Assembly (NCBI GenBank): GCA_028534125.1 | Contig: CM052816.1 | Location: forward strand, 25,918,001-25,982,000 | Length of the DNA: 64,000 bases | Source: Lama glama | Taxonomy: Eukaryota | Direction: 5' to 3' | In this document: positions 11,910 to 25,030 of the stretch, piece by piece | Layout of the letters: each line of letters opens with the position of its first letter | Position numbering within the stretch: the stretch's first letter is position 1 | Notes under the pieces: model-generated | Told to the model about the DNA's origin: nothing | The model's database searches: none | What the model saw: only the letters and a program-made list of their open reading frames with translations | Made by a program: the position numbers and the translations under genes

Positions 11910-13082
11910 GCAACATGGCGGCGGCTGCCGCGGGCCGGGCTCTGCTGCGGACCGGCCCCGAGCGGCCGCTGCGGGGAGGAGTTCGGGCGCTTTGAAGGCG
12001 GCGTCCCCGGCTCGGAGCGCGACCTCGGCCTCTCAGGCGGGGCGGGAGAGGGCCAGTGGCCGCGCCTGCACCGGCGCCGTCGCGTCGGCAAGCTGGTGGA
12101 GGGCGCGAAACGCCGGCCCGGAGACGGCCTGCAGCTCATCCTCACGCAGCCGGTGGAGGAACTTGGAATCCGCGGTGACCTGGCCTCGGTGAAGAAATCT
12201 GAGGGCCATAATCACATCTTGCTTCCTCAGGCACTGGCTGTGTATGCATCTCCCGAAAACAAGAAGCTGTTTGAAGAGGAGAAGTCGCTGAGACGAGAAG
12301 GAACATGAGAGAAGAGCCAGACCAAGGCAGGTGAGGCGACAATGAAATTTCTGAGTTGTCACCTGGAGGTGGGGATGAAGAACAACGTCAAATAGGAGCT
12401 AAACCCTGAAATAGTTGCCCGCCACTTCCTCAGAAATCTTGGTGTTGTGGTCGCCCATATGCACTGAAGTTACTAGAAGAGCCCGTCACACAGCGGGGCG
12501 AGTACTGGTGTGAGGTGACGGTAAATGGACCTGACACCGTGAGGGTACCTATGTCTGGTGAACTTTGAGAGGCCCAAGACCAAAAGATGCAAGTACTGGT
12601 TAGCCCAGCAAGCTGCCAAGGGAATGGCCCCCCACCAGTTCCCAGACCATGGGAACCTTTTCTCCCTCGAAAGCGGCGAAGCAGAATCAGAGGAGCAAAG
12701 GTGGGCTAGCACTGTAGTAACACTCCCAGCCCTGACCAAATACGGAACTTTAGCATATGGAGACACTGGGCACATGCATGCACGTACATGTTGAATTGTC
12801 CATATTTGCCGCCATCATCTTAAGCAATTAAGCACATCTGGCCTTATTGTGGCAGTCCTGCTCCAGTAGTACCAGGCTGTAGATTTGATAAGCTGAATAT
12901 TAATAGACCAAAAGAGCCTAGATCCCTTTAGGCTCTTCCTCCATTGTAATTCATTGGAACAAATGGAAGAGCTAGCTCATTCTTATCCAGACTGAACATT
13001 TGTATCTCAAGGAGAAATAGAGGTTGTGTTCTTAAAAAAATAAAAAATAAAGGGATGTTGTTTTTAAACAAAAAGAAAGAAA
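11910..13082 (+). pseudogene. MRPL9: Processed pseudogene of mitochondrial ribosomal protein L9 (bL9m)
   Basis: ATG at 11915 reads [26 protein letters not shown] (TGA 11993). Other frames give [78 protein letters not shown] and [20 protein letters not shown], colinear with MRPL9. Intronless, with stops at 12306 and 12393, frameshifts, a 3'UTR with AATAAA and an A-rich end. Confidence 0.95.
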
Positions 13083-14889
13083 CTAGACATTAAAAAAAAA
13101 CGCTCAAAACTTAGCCTTGGTTGGTTATAATCATGGATTTGCATTAGTATCAATGTCTGTTGCCTGGTTGTATAGTTTTCTAGAAATATTAGTATAAAAT
13201 TTCCTTATCCTTTTTATGAAAATCTAGAACTGTCTTAAGTAGTAGTTGCTAAATAACATCTTGCAAGCTTGAAACTCTGGTATGTGTGCTTTCGACTTTT
13301 GAACAACTTCAAAATATAGTACTTAGGACTTTAGGATCTACATGTTCTATTGTAAAAGTAACTGGCAATTTAGCTCTCTTTGTTGTATTTATTACTACTT
13401 ATAAGGACTTTATTTTATAACATGGGTGATACTTGAGTGCAATCAATCTGAATTTAGAATTTATTGTAACGTAGCTTTATTGGTGACAAAGGAGGTTTCC
13501 ATTGCCTTATTTTAATTACATAAGATTTTGATTTATTCCTAATATAGTCACGTGAGGTATATGAATATATTTTCCAAAATTCATGAGTACACAGTACTTA
13601 CTGAAAATATAAAATGCAAAATGTCACAGCAGCTGGTGACAGTTCACTTTGGCTTTGGCTGTTTTTTTTTCACGTCAGTGGGGTTGACTGTCAGGACTTT
13701 GGGACACCAGACAGGATTCCGACCATGGATTCTACTGACCTTATTCTTAGAGACCAGCTAGATTCTTTCATGCAGAGTCTAAGAGGTCAGTTTGAAGAAT
13801 TCAGTCTATACCAATTTTGATACATCTGCACATAGTTATTAGATAATCAAAAGTGTATTAAATAATCAACTTCTTGTATGACTGTTTAAATGATTTATGG
13901 TATTGTCTTTGCTCCTATAATCTTGACCTGACAACAGTCAGCCTGGATGGCTTCATTCCTAGCCTTCCTGACATAATCCTCTTCATTTACTTCTTGACCT
14001 AACCCTGTTCCCTTGTGGGTGTCATTACTAACATTTAGAACAATCTTTTGCTCTACAGCTGTAATTTTTTTTCTCCTACTAATTCTGTTTAGAAGAAATC
14101 TCTGGGAATTTTACCCTCAACCATCAGTCTCTCCTGGATCCTTATCAAATAACAGGATTTACCCAATGCACTATTTTGTTTACCACAAAAATAAGAGCCT
14201 GCTTCTCCCCAAGTAGGAATCTATTGTTTTATCTTACCCCTTCCCATGTTAATAACTGAAAGATCAGGGTCACTCATTTATTCCCATGCTGATAGGGTGC
14301 CTGGCAATTAATACTAACAGGTAACGAGGGGATTTCACTGTAATTATTTCTTAGGTACATTCCTGGCAGTGTGTCATAGAACTTCCCTGGTTTGATTTCA
14401 CCTGAAATCCCTAAGATCAGGAATTTAGTTTCTGCTAACATTTAGGAGCAATTGTGGCTGTCACTTTCGTTTTCTACCTAGCTCAAAGATAAAAGGAAAT
14501 AGTAAGTTTGGACATGTTGAGTCATGTTTAGGAAAAGGGAAGTCCATGTCTTCGGATGCTGTTGGGTCTAGAATGAGTCATGTGACATGTCCTTCTCACT
14601 GAGTATTTTTTCCTGGGAGAAATCTGGATAATGATCTGAGGCAGGCACGGAAGAGTGGTGTGGGAGGCTTGCCTTGGTATTAGAGGTGATGCATGGAGGA
14701 CTGTGTGTGAAGCTCAGGTGGTATTTTCTCAGGCTCGCTGTCTGGATCATCTCTTTTCTGCTCACCGTCTCCCCCCAGCACTGGTGCTAACTTGCCCACC
14801 TTTTTGATCCATTGATTGTTCAAAGCTCAGGCCAAAGGCAATCACCAGGGTTGAGAGATAAAGAATGTTAGTAAGAGTGGCTTTCATAA

Positions 14890-15064
14890 TTTTTTAAATC
14901 CTTTTTTTTACACTTCTTGTTTCTTTTGAGGGGAAGGGAAGGTAATTAGGTTTATTTATTTGTTTACTTACTTACTTATTGTTTTTAACGGCGGTACCGG
15001 GGATTGAACCCAAGACCTCGTGCACACTAAGGACATGCTCTACCACTGAGCTGTACCCTCCCCC
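14890..15064 (-). mobile_element. tRNA-Ala-derived SINE (camelid Vic-1-like), long form
   Basis: 'ggtaattaggtttatttatt...ggtaccggggattgaacccaagacctcgtgcacactaagg...ctctaccactgagctgtaccctcccc'. Confidence 0.88.
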
Positions 15065-15564
15065 ACCAAGACTGTTAAAGCAGAATTTCTCACACTTGAT
15101 CCACCTTTCCAAAATTTGCTAAATCTTAACAACAAAAAAGGAGTTAACCTACCTTTTTATTTAACTAAATCTGTTAGAAAAGGAAACAGGATATCACATG
15201 CCAAAAATAGATGACTCAACACAAAAACTGAAGACAAAACAATGGTTTTTAGACTCTCAAGGCTATAAAGGTTCTGAGCTTGAGGCCTGTTCTCTTTTTC
15301 TAAAAAAAGGAGATACTCGTTTTAGAGAGATGAGAAGGGTATTCTGGTGCCAAACTAAAAATTTCTCTATGGTTTATCTGAAGGGATTGAGAAAGAATTG
15401 AGAGTTGTTAGTGTTATTTAATGCTGTGTTTTTGAGATTTCATCCCACACACCTTTAATAGGCTGAGTCTCACATGCAAAATGTTAAAGCATTAACTACA
15501 TTGTTTTTAACTATCATCTGGACCAGGTAGTAGCTGGCAGTGGATTCAAAGAGTCAACATGGGT

Positions 15565-16400
15565 TTATTGAGTGTGTATCATTTGTGCAAGGCACTATGG
15601 GGAATAGAAATACAGCAGAATCATCTGACTGGGGTCTAGAAGACATACATAACAGGTATATGTTTCTGCGTGTGTGACTGTATTTAATAATTTGAGATTT
15701 GAGTCTGGGACTAAATTGACATATGAGTAAGTGTGATGTGTGACACAGCATTAAAGGACTCAGAGAGAAGGAACCATCATTCTGAGATGTGGTTGGCGTG
15801 GAAAAGCTTCATGAGAATTTGGTGCTTAAAGAATATATACGTTTCAGATTGACTAGCAGGTGGAAACAGGGCACTTGCAGAGAGACAGATGGTAAGCCAA
15901 AGCGTTACTTTGGGGTTCAGCATTGAACCCACAGAGCCCACGTCAGATTTCAGGATGTGGTATATTGCGCAGAATTGACTAGGAGAGACCACATGTAAGA
16001 GTTGGCTTGGGGTTTGCTATTATTGACAGAGAAGTGGCATTTCTTATCCTTAAACTGCTGTCTAAGAGTATGAGGAGGATGTATCTGGCAGTATGTATTG
16101 GATATAGGAAACAAGTAGCCCTCAAGAGCATATGGTGGTCATAAAGAGGGGTGGAGGTCTAAGTTAACAATAGGGAGATACACAGATGGTCCACAGTGTG
16201 TGGAGACAGCATCATCAGGACTTGGAGGGGCACCAAGGAGAGAAGTGAGATGAGACTTCACCTCGAGGCCTGGGACACAGAACAGGGGCTCTGCCAAATG
16301 AGATGGTTTTGTGGGGGGCAGGTTTTTATGTTCTTGTTTCAGTGTGGATGTGAAAGCTTGTGCTCCATTTTAGCTTCAGGCAGCTAAAATTAGTTATGGC
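15565..16400 (-). mobile_element. L2 LINE fragments
   Basis: 'tttattgagtgtgtatcatttgtgcaaggcactatggggaatag' (L2 3' end) followed by purine-rich degraded body. Confidence 0.5.
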
Positions 16401-17853
16401 CCCCATATAAAAAGCCAAACCAGAAATCCAAGTTTCCATTCTGTAGAAGGGTGTTTACTGGAGAAAGGAACCTCTCTTTCCCTCAATACATGGGAGAGAG
16501 AGGAACGGGAAAGGGAGGTTATTGCATTGATCCGACTCTCACTCTGCATCTTGTATGTATACTTTTTGGAATTCAATTCTCACTGCAACTCTGAAAAGAA
16601 GGTAGTACAGAAGCCCATTTTACAGATGATGAAGCCAAGATCTACAAGTCTTCAGGGATGCTTCCAGGTAGGATGGAGGATAGCTGAAGACAGGAAAGAG
16701 TCCAGGAAGAGAGAAGAGAACCAGGAGAGGACGACTCTAGGGAAGCTCTTACGGGGCATTTCAAAGGGGCATCTCTTACTGTGCTTTACCATTTATTTTT
16801 CATGCATATTTTAATTTTTTCTGTTGCAAATCCTTTATGTAATTAGATATTATATTGATTAAAACAATGAGGGCATGCCCAGTTAATTGGACTTAATGAT
16901 CTTTGACAGTAAAATGATCCTAGATTTGGTGACATGACGTATTTTTGTTCCCCCTCCTGCCCAAGAAACAGGAGATGTTGTAGTTTTTTGGGGGGGGGGA
17001 ACGTTAAAATACTCTGAATGAAATTTCTGGGAGTGAAGGGGTGCCAAGTGGCTCACAACCATGGTCCATTGACTGGTTTCAACATGTTTCAGGGAAGTTT
17101 CAGTCCAAGCTTGATCAGTGTTAGTCCTCTGTATGGAACATAGTCGTCCACGTTGGCACTCGAAGTAGGTGGACTTAGTAAAGAACAGTTCCTGGATACA
17201 CACTCAGAAATGCCAGGACCTTAGTGGGAAGGATTGCAATCATGGAATCCAGGAGTTTTACCCATTTAAGTGACAGGCCTCCCTTCTCAGGTTCCACGAA
17301 GCATTTTAGAGGATTTGGAGGCACAGCTGCATTGGGCTGTGCAGGGTGCTCAGAGCATAAAGTGAATGAAGAGGGTGTGGAACTTCTGTACCAGTCTTGG
17401 GAGGATGGGACAGTGACAGCTCCTGGGTAGAGCTTGCCTGCCACCCTACCTTCAGGGAAGTGGGACAGTTGCTTGGATAATCAAGCAGCTGGGCTTCCTC
17501 TTTTTGTCCAGATCTGCTTTCCCTCCATATAGTTTAGTATTCCTAAACTTCAGTATTACACTCATCTGAATCTTAATAATTGAAAACTCACCTGAATCTG
17601 TCCTTTGGGACAGGTGTGTGTGCTTGTGTGGGTTCCAGCAAGGTCTGCCCCCAGATCCTGGCTATGGCTTTGGAGTGGAATGGGGGTTCCATGCACAATA
17701 ATGAGGAATTTCTTCGCTTTGTTTCCCTTTCTTTGCTCCCCCTGACTTTTCCCCTGTTTTCTCTGCTGTCCTCGTGGTCTTCTGATGCACCGTCTCTCAG
17801 CACCACTTCTGTTCCCAAGCAAGTGCCGAACAGAATAGTATATCTTAGAGAAT

Positions 17854-18042
17854 GTTTTTTTTTAATTGAAGTATAGTCAGTTTGCAATGTTGTGTCAATT
17901 TCTGGTGTGCAGCATAGTGATTCAGTCATACATTTACATACATATATTCCTTTTGATAGTCTTTTTATTATAGGTTACCACAAGATACTGAATATAGTTC
18001 CCTGTGCTATGCAGTTGAAACTTGTTCATCTATTTTATATAT
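17854..18042 (-). mobile_element. 5'-truncated young L1 3' end with 24-bp TSD
   Basis: 'ttttttaattgaagtatagtcagtttgcaatgttgtgtcaatttctggtgtgcagcatagtgattcag...atagttccctgtgctat'. TSD acagaatagtatatcttagagaat (17830-17853) and acagaatattatatcttagagaat (18043-18066). Confidence 0.92.
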
Positions 18043-19004
18043 ACAGAATATTATATCTTAGAGAATATTTCTTATCCAGAATCCTTTGGATTATTCCTCG
18101 AAGAGCCCTATTTGGCAGAACTGTTTCTCTTTTTAGAATCAGGGAATCATAATCTTGAAAGTTCATTCATTTATTCAACACATGTTTATTGAATGTCTAG
18201 CATGTGCCAGGCACTGTACCAGGGAGGTACCTCAATACATAATACTGTTGGCTGCTATTAAGAATCTTGGAATCTGTTGGGAAGAGACAGGCAGGAAAAT
18301 TAATGATTACTTTATGCTATGATATGAATAAAGGTACGTCATTGAATTTTTTGAAAATTCCAGAGTCTAAAGAAGAAAACAATCAGCTCTAATCCTACCA
18401 TCCCTAGAGGATCACAGTCGACATTTTAATTTGTTTTCTTTAGGAATTTTCTCTATGTGTGTTTAGTCCTCTGTGTGTGTGTTCGCGCGTGTGTTTGCAT
18501 AGCGAGACAAATATTCTAACACGTTAACGTGTGCTTTCTCTTCTTCCTCAACTATCCAAAGACATTCCATGTTTGGCTCCATGTGCTAATCAAGTTAATG
18601 GGAGAAGGGAATAGGGAGGAGCTGGTCGGGGGGTGGTTATGTGGATTTAATGAGGAAGGACCCTCGAAGTTCAAAACAGTTTGAAACCCAGAGTAGAGAG
18701 GTCTGAGAGTGAGAAGAGAGTTGGGGCTGAAAGTGAGAACTGAGCCCTGAAGCCACATAGCATTGGCTGACATTTGAGGAAGAAGGGAGATACAAGCAAG
18801 AAGTTATCCTGCCAACACTTGGGAGCTAGGCCTATGATGAAAAAACAGGACTATGATCAATCCTCCCTCTGTCTCTTCTTTAAGATGCTTGGAATGAAAA
18901 CGTAACCTTTCAAGGCCTTTGTGGGAGTGGATGTGTGGTTTTGGATGATAGTCTGCTGAGGTGGGCTTTACATTGGGAATAAGAAGGGCCAGTTTGTTCC
19001 GACT

Positions 19005-19045
19005 GTGTGTGCATGAGTGTGTGTGTGTGCACGCGTGTGTGTGTG
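19005..19045. repeat. Imperfect (TG)n microsatellite
   Basis: tgtgtgtgcatgagtgtgtgtgtgtgcacgcgtgtgtgtgt seen directly. Confidence 0.8.
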
Positions 19046-19964
19046 GCCTGAAAGAGGGATATGGTGGTGATAATAATTTTAAATGGTTTCATGTGGTTTC
19101 TTTTGTTTTTCTAAGCACTTGACCTTGGTCTTACTCTGCCTGAGGCATCCACCTATCCAGCTGGCTTGAAAGCAGACTAGAAAAAGTGAGATAGTACTCA
19201 ACTTTTGACCTTCAGAAATAGGATTGTGCGGCAAGTCAGCTGTCTTGACAACCAGGATATGCTTTGAGAAAGAAGTGTCTAAATCCTTTGCCTCCCTACT
19301 TGATATATCTAAGTCCTCCCTTCAAGAGCTGGATGGTGAGGCATTTCCTAATGGAGGAGGGAGGACCAGACAGTAAGATGATGACTCTCTTCCAGCTCCA
19401 GAAGTTTAGTTTATAAGATCAGACTCAGTGTTAAATCTGACAGTTAACTTAGTTAATGTCTTCTTAGCCGGTATCTGAGTGCTAGAGAGAAGGAACAGAG
19501 CATCTGTAGACTAAAGAAAGAAATTACATGTTTTCTCTACATACCAGAGTTGCATTATTTAAAATTACTTAATGCACACATGTACATACGCTCAGTTAAG
19601 ATCATCACACTGAGTAGAGTGTTGTTCTTGCCAAAGTTTGTTGGCAAAGATCAGAAACCCCCTAAGGCTAACTCAGGCATGAGGGTAAGGGATAATTTAA
19701 GGATTTCAAAAGGCAATCTCATGGATATTCACAGACAAGATGAAAAGAAGAGACAGGCCCCGGGGAAAACAGCCTGGGAAATTCAAGATCTTAGTTCATG
19801 CGTACTGCTGCTCAGAGGTCGTGTGTTCTGTCTCTTTGCTTATGAAGCTTGTACTTGGTGCAACATTGCAGCCAGCCCCACATCGACATTAGAACCAGTC
19901 ATTTAAAGGTCTGTCATCAACTGGCGGCTTCCTTCTGGACCTCTAAGCTCATATTCCACTGAGA

Positions 19965-21125
19965 CACTTTTTACCCAAATTAATTCAAAATAGATCAGAG
20001 ATCTAAAGCTAAAATATAAAACTATAAAACATTTAAAAGAAACCATAGAAGAAAATCTTTGTGATCTTGGGTTAGGCAAAGAGTTTTTAGGTATGACACC
20101 AAAGCATAATTCATAAAAGAATATAAATTGATAAACTGGGACTTCATCAATATTAAAAATGTTTGCTGTGCAACAGCCACTGTTAAAGGAAAGACGAGCC
20201 ACACTGGGAGAACGTATCTACAAAACACACAGACATACATGTGTATCCAAACCATGTAAAAAAATTTCTCAAAACTGAATAATAAGAAAATGGGTAACCT
20301 AATTAAAATATGGGTAAAGTTCTGAAGATGCTTTACCAAACAATATATACAGATGACAAACACACGAAAAGATGCTCAGCATTATTAGTTACTAGAGAAA
20401 TGGAAATCAAAACCACAGTGAGATATGTCATTATGCACCCACTAGAATAGTTGAAAAACAACTGGCAAAGATGTAGAGCTGGAACTCTCATATGCTGCCA
20501 GTGGGAATGCAAAACAGCACAGCTATTTTGGGAAATAGTTTGTCAGTTTCTCATAAAGTTAAATATATATTTCCCATGTAAAGCAGAAATTTTACTTTTA
20601 CATATTTACGCAAATGAAAAAAAAAACTCTACAAAATTTTTATAGCAGGTTTATTCATAATTTCTTCAAACTGGAAACAACCCAAATGTCCCTCAACTGG
20701 GAACGCACTGAGTGAATTGTAGTACATCCGTGCAGTGGGATGCTACTTAGTAATAAAAAGGAATGACCTCTTGATGTGTGCAACAAGATGAATGAATCTA
20801 AAATGCATTATGCTAAGTAAAAAAAAAAATCCAGGTTTGAAAGATGACGTACTATGTGATTTCATTTGTACAGCGTTCTCAGAAAGGCAAAGCTATAGCA
20901 GTGGAGACCAGATCCATGGCTGCCAGGAGTTAGGGGTGATGTTTGGCTACAAAGAAGTAGCATAGGAGAATTTTGGGGGGTTGATGAGGTTGATGAAAAT
21001 GTTCTGTATCCTAATTGTGGTGGTAGTGACATGGCTCTATGTATATGTCAAAATTTATAGAATTCTACACTAAAAAGGATTAAATTTACATGAAGTATGT
21101 AAATTTCAAGAATTTAAAAAGAAAG
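19965..21125 (+). mobile_element. Old L1 (L1MC/L1MD-like): ORF2 end plus 3'UTR
   Basis: 'aaaactataaaacattta...ggttaggcaaagagtttttag', 'aactggaaacaacccaaatgtcc', 'ggctgccaggagttagggg', 'tgttctgtatcctaattgtggtggtag'. Confidence 0.88.
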
Positions 21126-24100
21126 TAGGAAGATACTCCAGTGAGAGAGGAGATATAATTGACACCCTGAGATCAGAGTCCACCCTTGGACCAATCATTG
21201 ATGCTACAGCACGCTGAGCTCTGAGCTGTTTCTCTGGGTCTTGATGGGACAGTAACAGCTGGGTGGAAAATTGGGCTGGTTTGCAAATGAACAGACATGT
21301 CTGGAAATAGTTTTACATGTGGCATCACTGAGTACCATTATTTAATGAACATTTTCCCAGGTCGTTAAAATTATTTTGTCTGCATCAGTTGAAAATGTTG
21401 CTAGGCTAACTTTACACGTGGCTGTCTCTGCTGAGTTTTGAAATTTGAAAATAGGAGGCAAAGAAGCAGGGGAGGGTGTAAGTGTCATCCGGTATCACAA
21501 GTGTCAGAATCAAGAACTTCTGGAGAACTCATTTTGAATATAACATTGAGCTAAATAGTTTATGTGTCATTAAAAATACGTATTAAGATTCAAGCTTCAA
21601 GATGCCAAGGAGCTCCCTTGTTAGGGAGTAAAAGTAACACAGAAAATGAGAAAGGTATTCCTGTTTTCTGCTTAATGTTTTTTACAGTGTCCTTCTAAGC
21701 CCTGTAAATTTATAATACATTAAGTATAAAAATAATCCTATTGAAAGAACCTTTGAAGTATCAAGATCTATAAATCTTCTTTGAAACATGGCACAGGTAA
21801 TCTCTACCTTATTGCTACAAGGCAGAGATGTGACATGTTACTGTTATTTACAGTTTTGGAGTACTTCCTTGATTTTTCTCATCAAGTATCTTTGTGCTAC
21901 TGCTGAGCATTGTGAAAAATACTTCAAAATCAACATAACTAGCTATATGGTAGGGGCATCGAAGCAGCAGCAATTCAGCCCAGAGCTCCTAGTTGACATT
22001 TAGGAATATCAAGTCACATTTTCCACACAATGAACAATTACCCAGGCTTTGGTTTACAGCATTAATATGGGTGAATCAGTATTACACCAGACAGTAGAAT
22101 CAACATGCTCTCTGGCTACACCTCCCAGGCGAACAGCCACATAGCTAGTATCACTAGGCTTAAATATCTTCCTTCTAGAAATGGTTATTTCTAGGTTAAG
22201 GCTGAGGACAGTGATAAGATTGCTCGAGTGTGCTTGTGATGGTGGTGGTTGGGGGACGGTAAAGAGTCAGTAGTTCAATCTCTTTTTATGAGGCCCTTGT
22301 AGAGGCAAATGTTAGAATGTTTTCATACTTCATTTTCTGATGAGCAAATACAGTAATCATCCAGGAGGCTCTTTAAAAGAAAAATAAGGCGGCTTTCAGT
22401 AATCTCCTCTTGTCATACTTTGCATAACAAATGGATCAGTGGGAGATGAAAAGCCAACAAAGGCCAACACGTGAAAATAAAATCGAATGACTTGAGGTGA
22501 TTTGGGGAGAAGGGAACACAGTCATTGTTTGTAAAGGAAGGTTAATGATATCTTTGTACCAGGTGCAATTTTGTAGCATGCACATTTTGATGAATGATAG
22601 CTAGGCTCTGTCCTCACTTGTGACCTATATATAAAAGAGTCAAAGTGAAGTAGTTATCAGCATTGTATTGTCACGAGAGTTTTTTTTTTTTTCCTGATTG
22701 GAGCCCCCACCCCCCACCCCCCAGCACCCTGCTAAGAAATCGCTAGCCTTGGAAAGAAATATTCAGAGTTCTGGTTCCCTCAAAGGCTATGATAGCATTG
22801 ACTAGCCACAAAGTGATTACCTAGCTTTATCAGTCATCTACATGTGCCAATAGGAACTGAAGGGAAGGGCTTTAAATTTTTTTTAATTTAAATATATTTA
22901 CTTTAAAAATTATTGAGCATTTTCACATCTCAACTCCAAAGACTGTACAGTATCACTGCTGACAGTACATTTACCCAGAGACTGACTTTATGCTAACAAA
23001 TATGGTGTTCAGATTGTCAGCAAAACTAAAATGAATGAGCTTAGCACAATTCAAATGGATCCTGGGCATATCATCCATCAATTAAGTTCTTCCTGGCACT
23101 GTTAGGTTAATATCAAAGTGTACAACACCACATCATCCATTTTCTTTAGCATTTTTTTGTGTTTAGTCCCAGAAAACAGTCCGTACGGTTTTCCTTGTAT
23201 CTCTCTTCTTGACTAGAGTGACCATAGCAGTGATAAAGCAAAACCTGAGGAGATGTGACCAGGGACTGTTCCTGTAGCTTTGTTTTTGATCTCTGGATGA
23301 GAGGTGAGTGTCTCCAAAACACCCATTTCGAGGATGAAAGCCTGAAAGGCAGTGAGAAATGGAACGGTGGGAAAATGTCAGAGAGGTGGAGTAAACCACC
23401 CAGAAAACTCAGTCTGGACTCCAGCCATTCAGTTGGACTTGATCTCAGTAAATGACCGAGCGGAGGGAAACGTGGTGGGATTAAGTCCAGGAGCAGTTCT
23501 GAAAGCTGGAAGGCCATTCTGAAAAAGTAATTCCCACATTGATTCTAATTTACCTGCTTTGGTTTTCTTCCCCTCAGATGCATTAAATTCAAATTTCATT
23601 CAAGATGCAAGTCCAGCTCATTATCGTAATGACAGAAATAGCCATCTTTGCCATGTACGATTCTATTTAGCAGAGTAGAGCCTGGGCTTACTGGCCCCTC
23701 TGGGATAAAAACTTGTGCTTCAGTGGGAAGCAAGAGAGCATTAACAGGAGAATGGTGATTACAAATTCTGCTTTCTGGTGTGATTACTAGAGCTTGTAAC
23801 TCTGGAGTAATGAAAGGGGGCATCCACATTTTAGCACATTTCTTACTTAAGAGATCCCAAAGGTGAGTGAGTCCTCTATAGCAGTTACTCCTGATCTGGG
23901 AGCCACATGCCCCTGGGGGTAGTGCAGGGAGCTCAGGTTATTGCAAAGGGGTCTATAAATCCAAGTAACCATTACTATTATTGTAGTAAAAAATAATGTC
24001 ACACATGTCCTATTTTAAATGCAAGTATATGCTATTCAAACAAAATCAGTGGCTACTAGAGGGGGGGTCATTAACATATTTTGTTACTAAAAATGGGCCT

Positions 24101-24439
24101 TCAGACAGATAAGGATACCAGCTTTATTCATAACTGCCCCAAACTGGAAGTAATTCAAATGTCCATCAATATGAGAATGTATGGTGTGGACGTATAGCTC
24201 AGTGGTATTAATATTACTTAGGGATGACTGAGGTAGGTGAAGTTTCTGGAGGCTCTTCAGGGCTGGTTTGGAGTTTAAGATCTTTCCTCCTGTATCCTCG
24301 ATGTTGTCTTGGGTACTGAGGGTCAGTAGGGGAGTTCTTCTCCAGCTGATCCACAGTAAAAGTAGTAAAGCTGGTCTCTCTCTGACACTGACTTTATGCA
24401 TCAGTGGAGGTGCTGGTAATAGTGATGGTGGAAGACAGT

Positions 24440-24828
24440 TTTGAGTGTCTCAGCCAGACCTCCCACCCTCCAGCCACTTGTTAGCTGCTAATGGAAAACA
24501 GATTCCCCTTCTCCAGAGAACCACCCTGAGCTGATGGGAAGCCTCCCCCTTCCCCGCAGTCAGTGACCAAGGAAAGGGTATAACAAAGTTTGGCTCCTTG
24601 CCTTAAGGGACAAAACTCTACTGTGTGGTATGTACTCCAGAGCTCTCTCTTCCTGGGACTTCAGCCCAGGCAAGACTTTCCCTGAGCTCACCCGCTTGTC
24701 TGGCTCCTCCCCTTTCTTTATTTCACTCCACCCTTCCTTACAAGTTTCTCTGGAGAGTATGTTCTTAATATCATTCTCATTAGAAGCTCCTTCTCAGGCT
24801 CTGCTTTTAAAAACTGCAAGTTAAAACA
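24440..24828 (+). mobile_element. ERVL LTR16-like solo LTR
   Basis: 'gggtataa...ggctccttgccttaagggacaaaactct...tactccagagctc...ctcaggctctgctt...aagttaaaaca'. Confidence 0.6.
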
Positions 24829-24839
24829 CTAGTCTCAGC

Positions 24840-25030
24840 CAGTGGTTCTAAACTTCTGTGTGCATAAAAACTACCTGAGGGCTGGTTAAAAATAAGTCCC
24901 TGGGCCCCCATCTCAAAATTTCTGTTTTAGTGGGTCTGGGGTAGGGCCTGAGAATGTGCAATTCTCACAAATTCCCTGGTGATGCTAATGTTGTACCCCG
25001 GTCTGAACACCACACGTGGAGAATTATTGT
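24840..25030. mobile_element. MER5A (hAT-Charlie) non-autonomous DNA transposon
   Basis: 'cagtggttctaaactt...tgggcccccatctc...gtgggtctggggtagggcctgagaatgtgcaattctcacaaattccctggtgatgct'. Confidence 0.8.

Noticed and set aside
12096..12794. Functional MRPL9 retrogene
   Set aside because: In-frame stops at 11993, 12306 and 12393, plus frameshifts and deletions.
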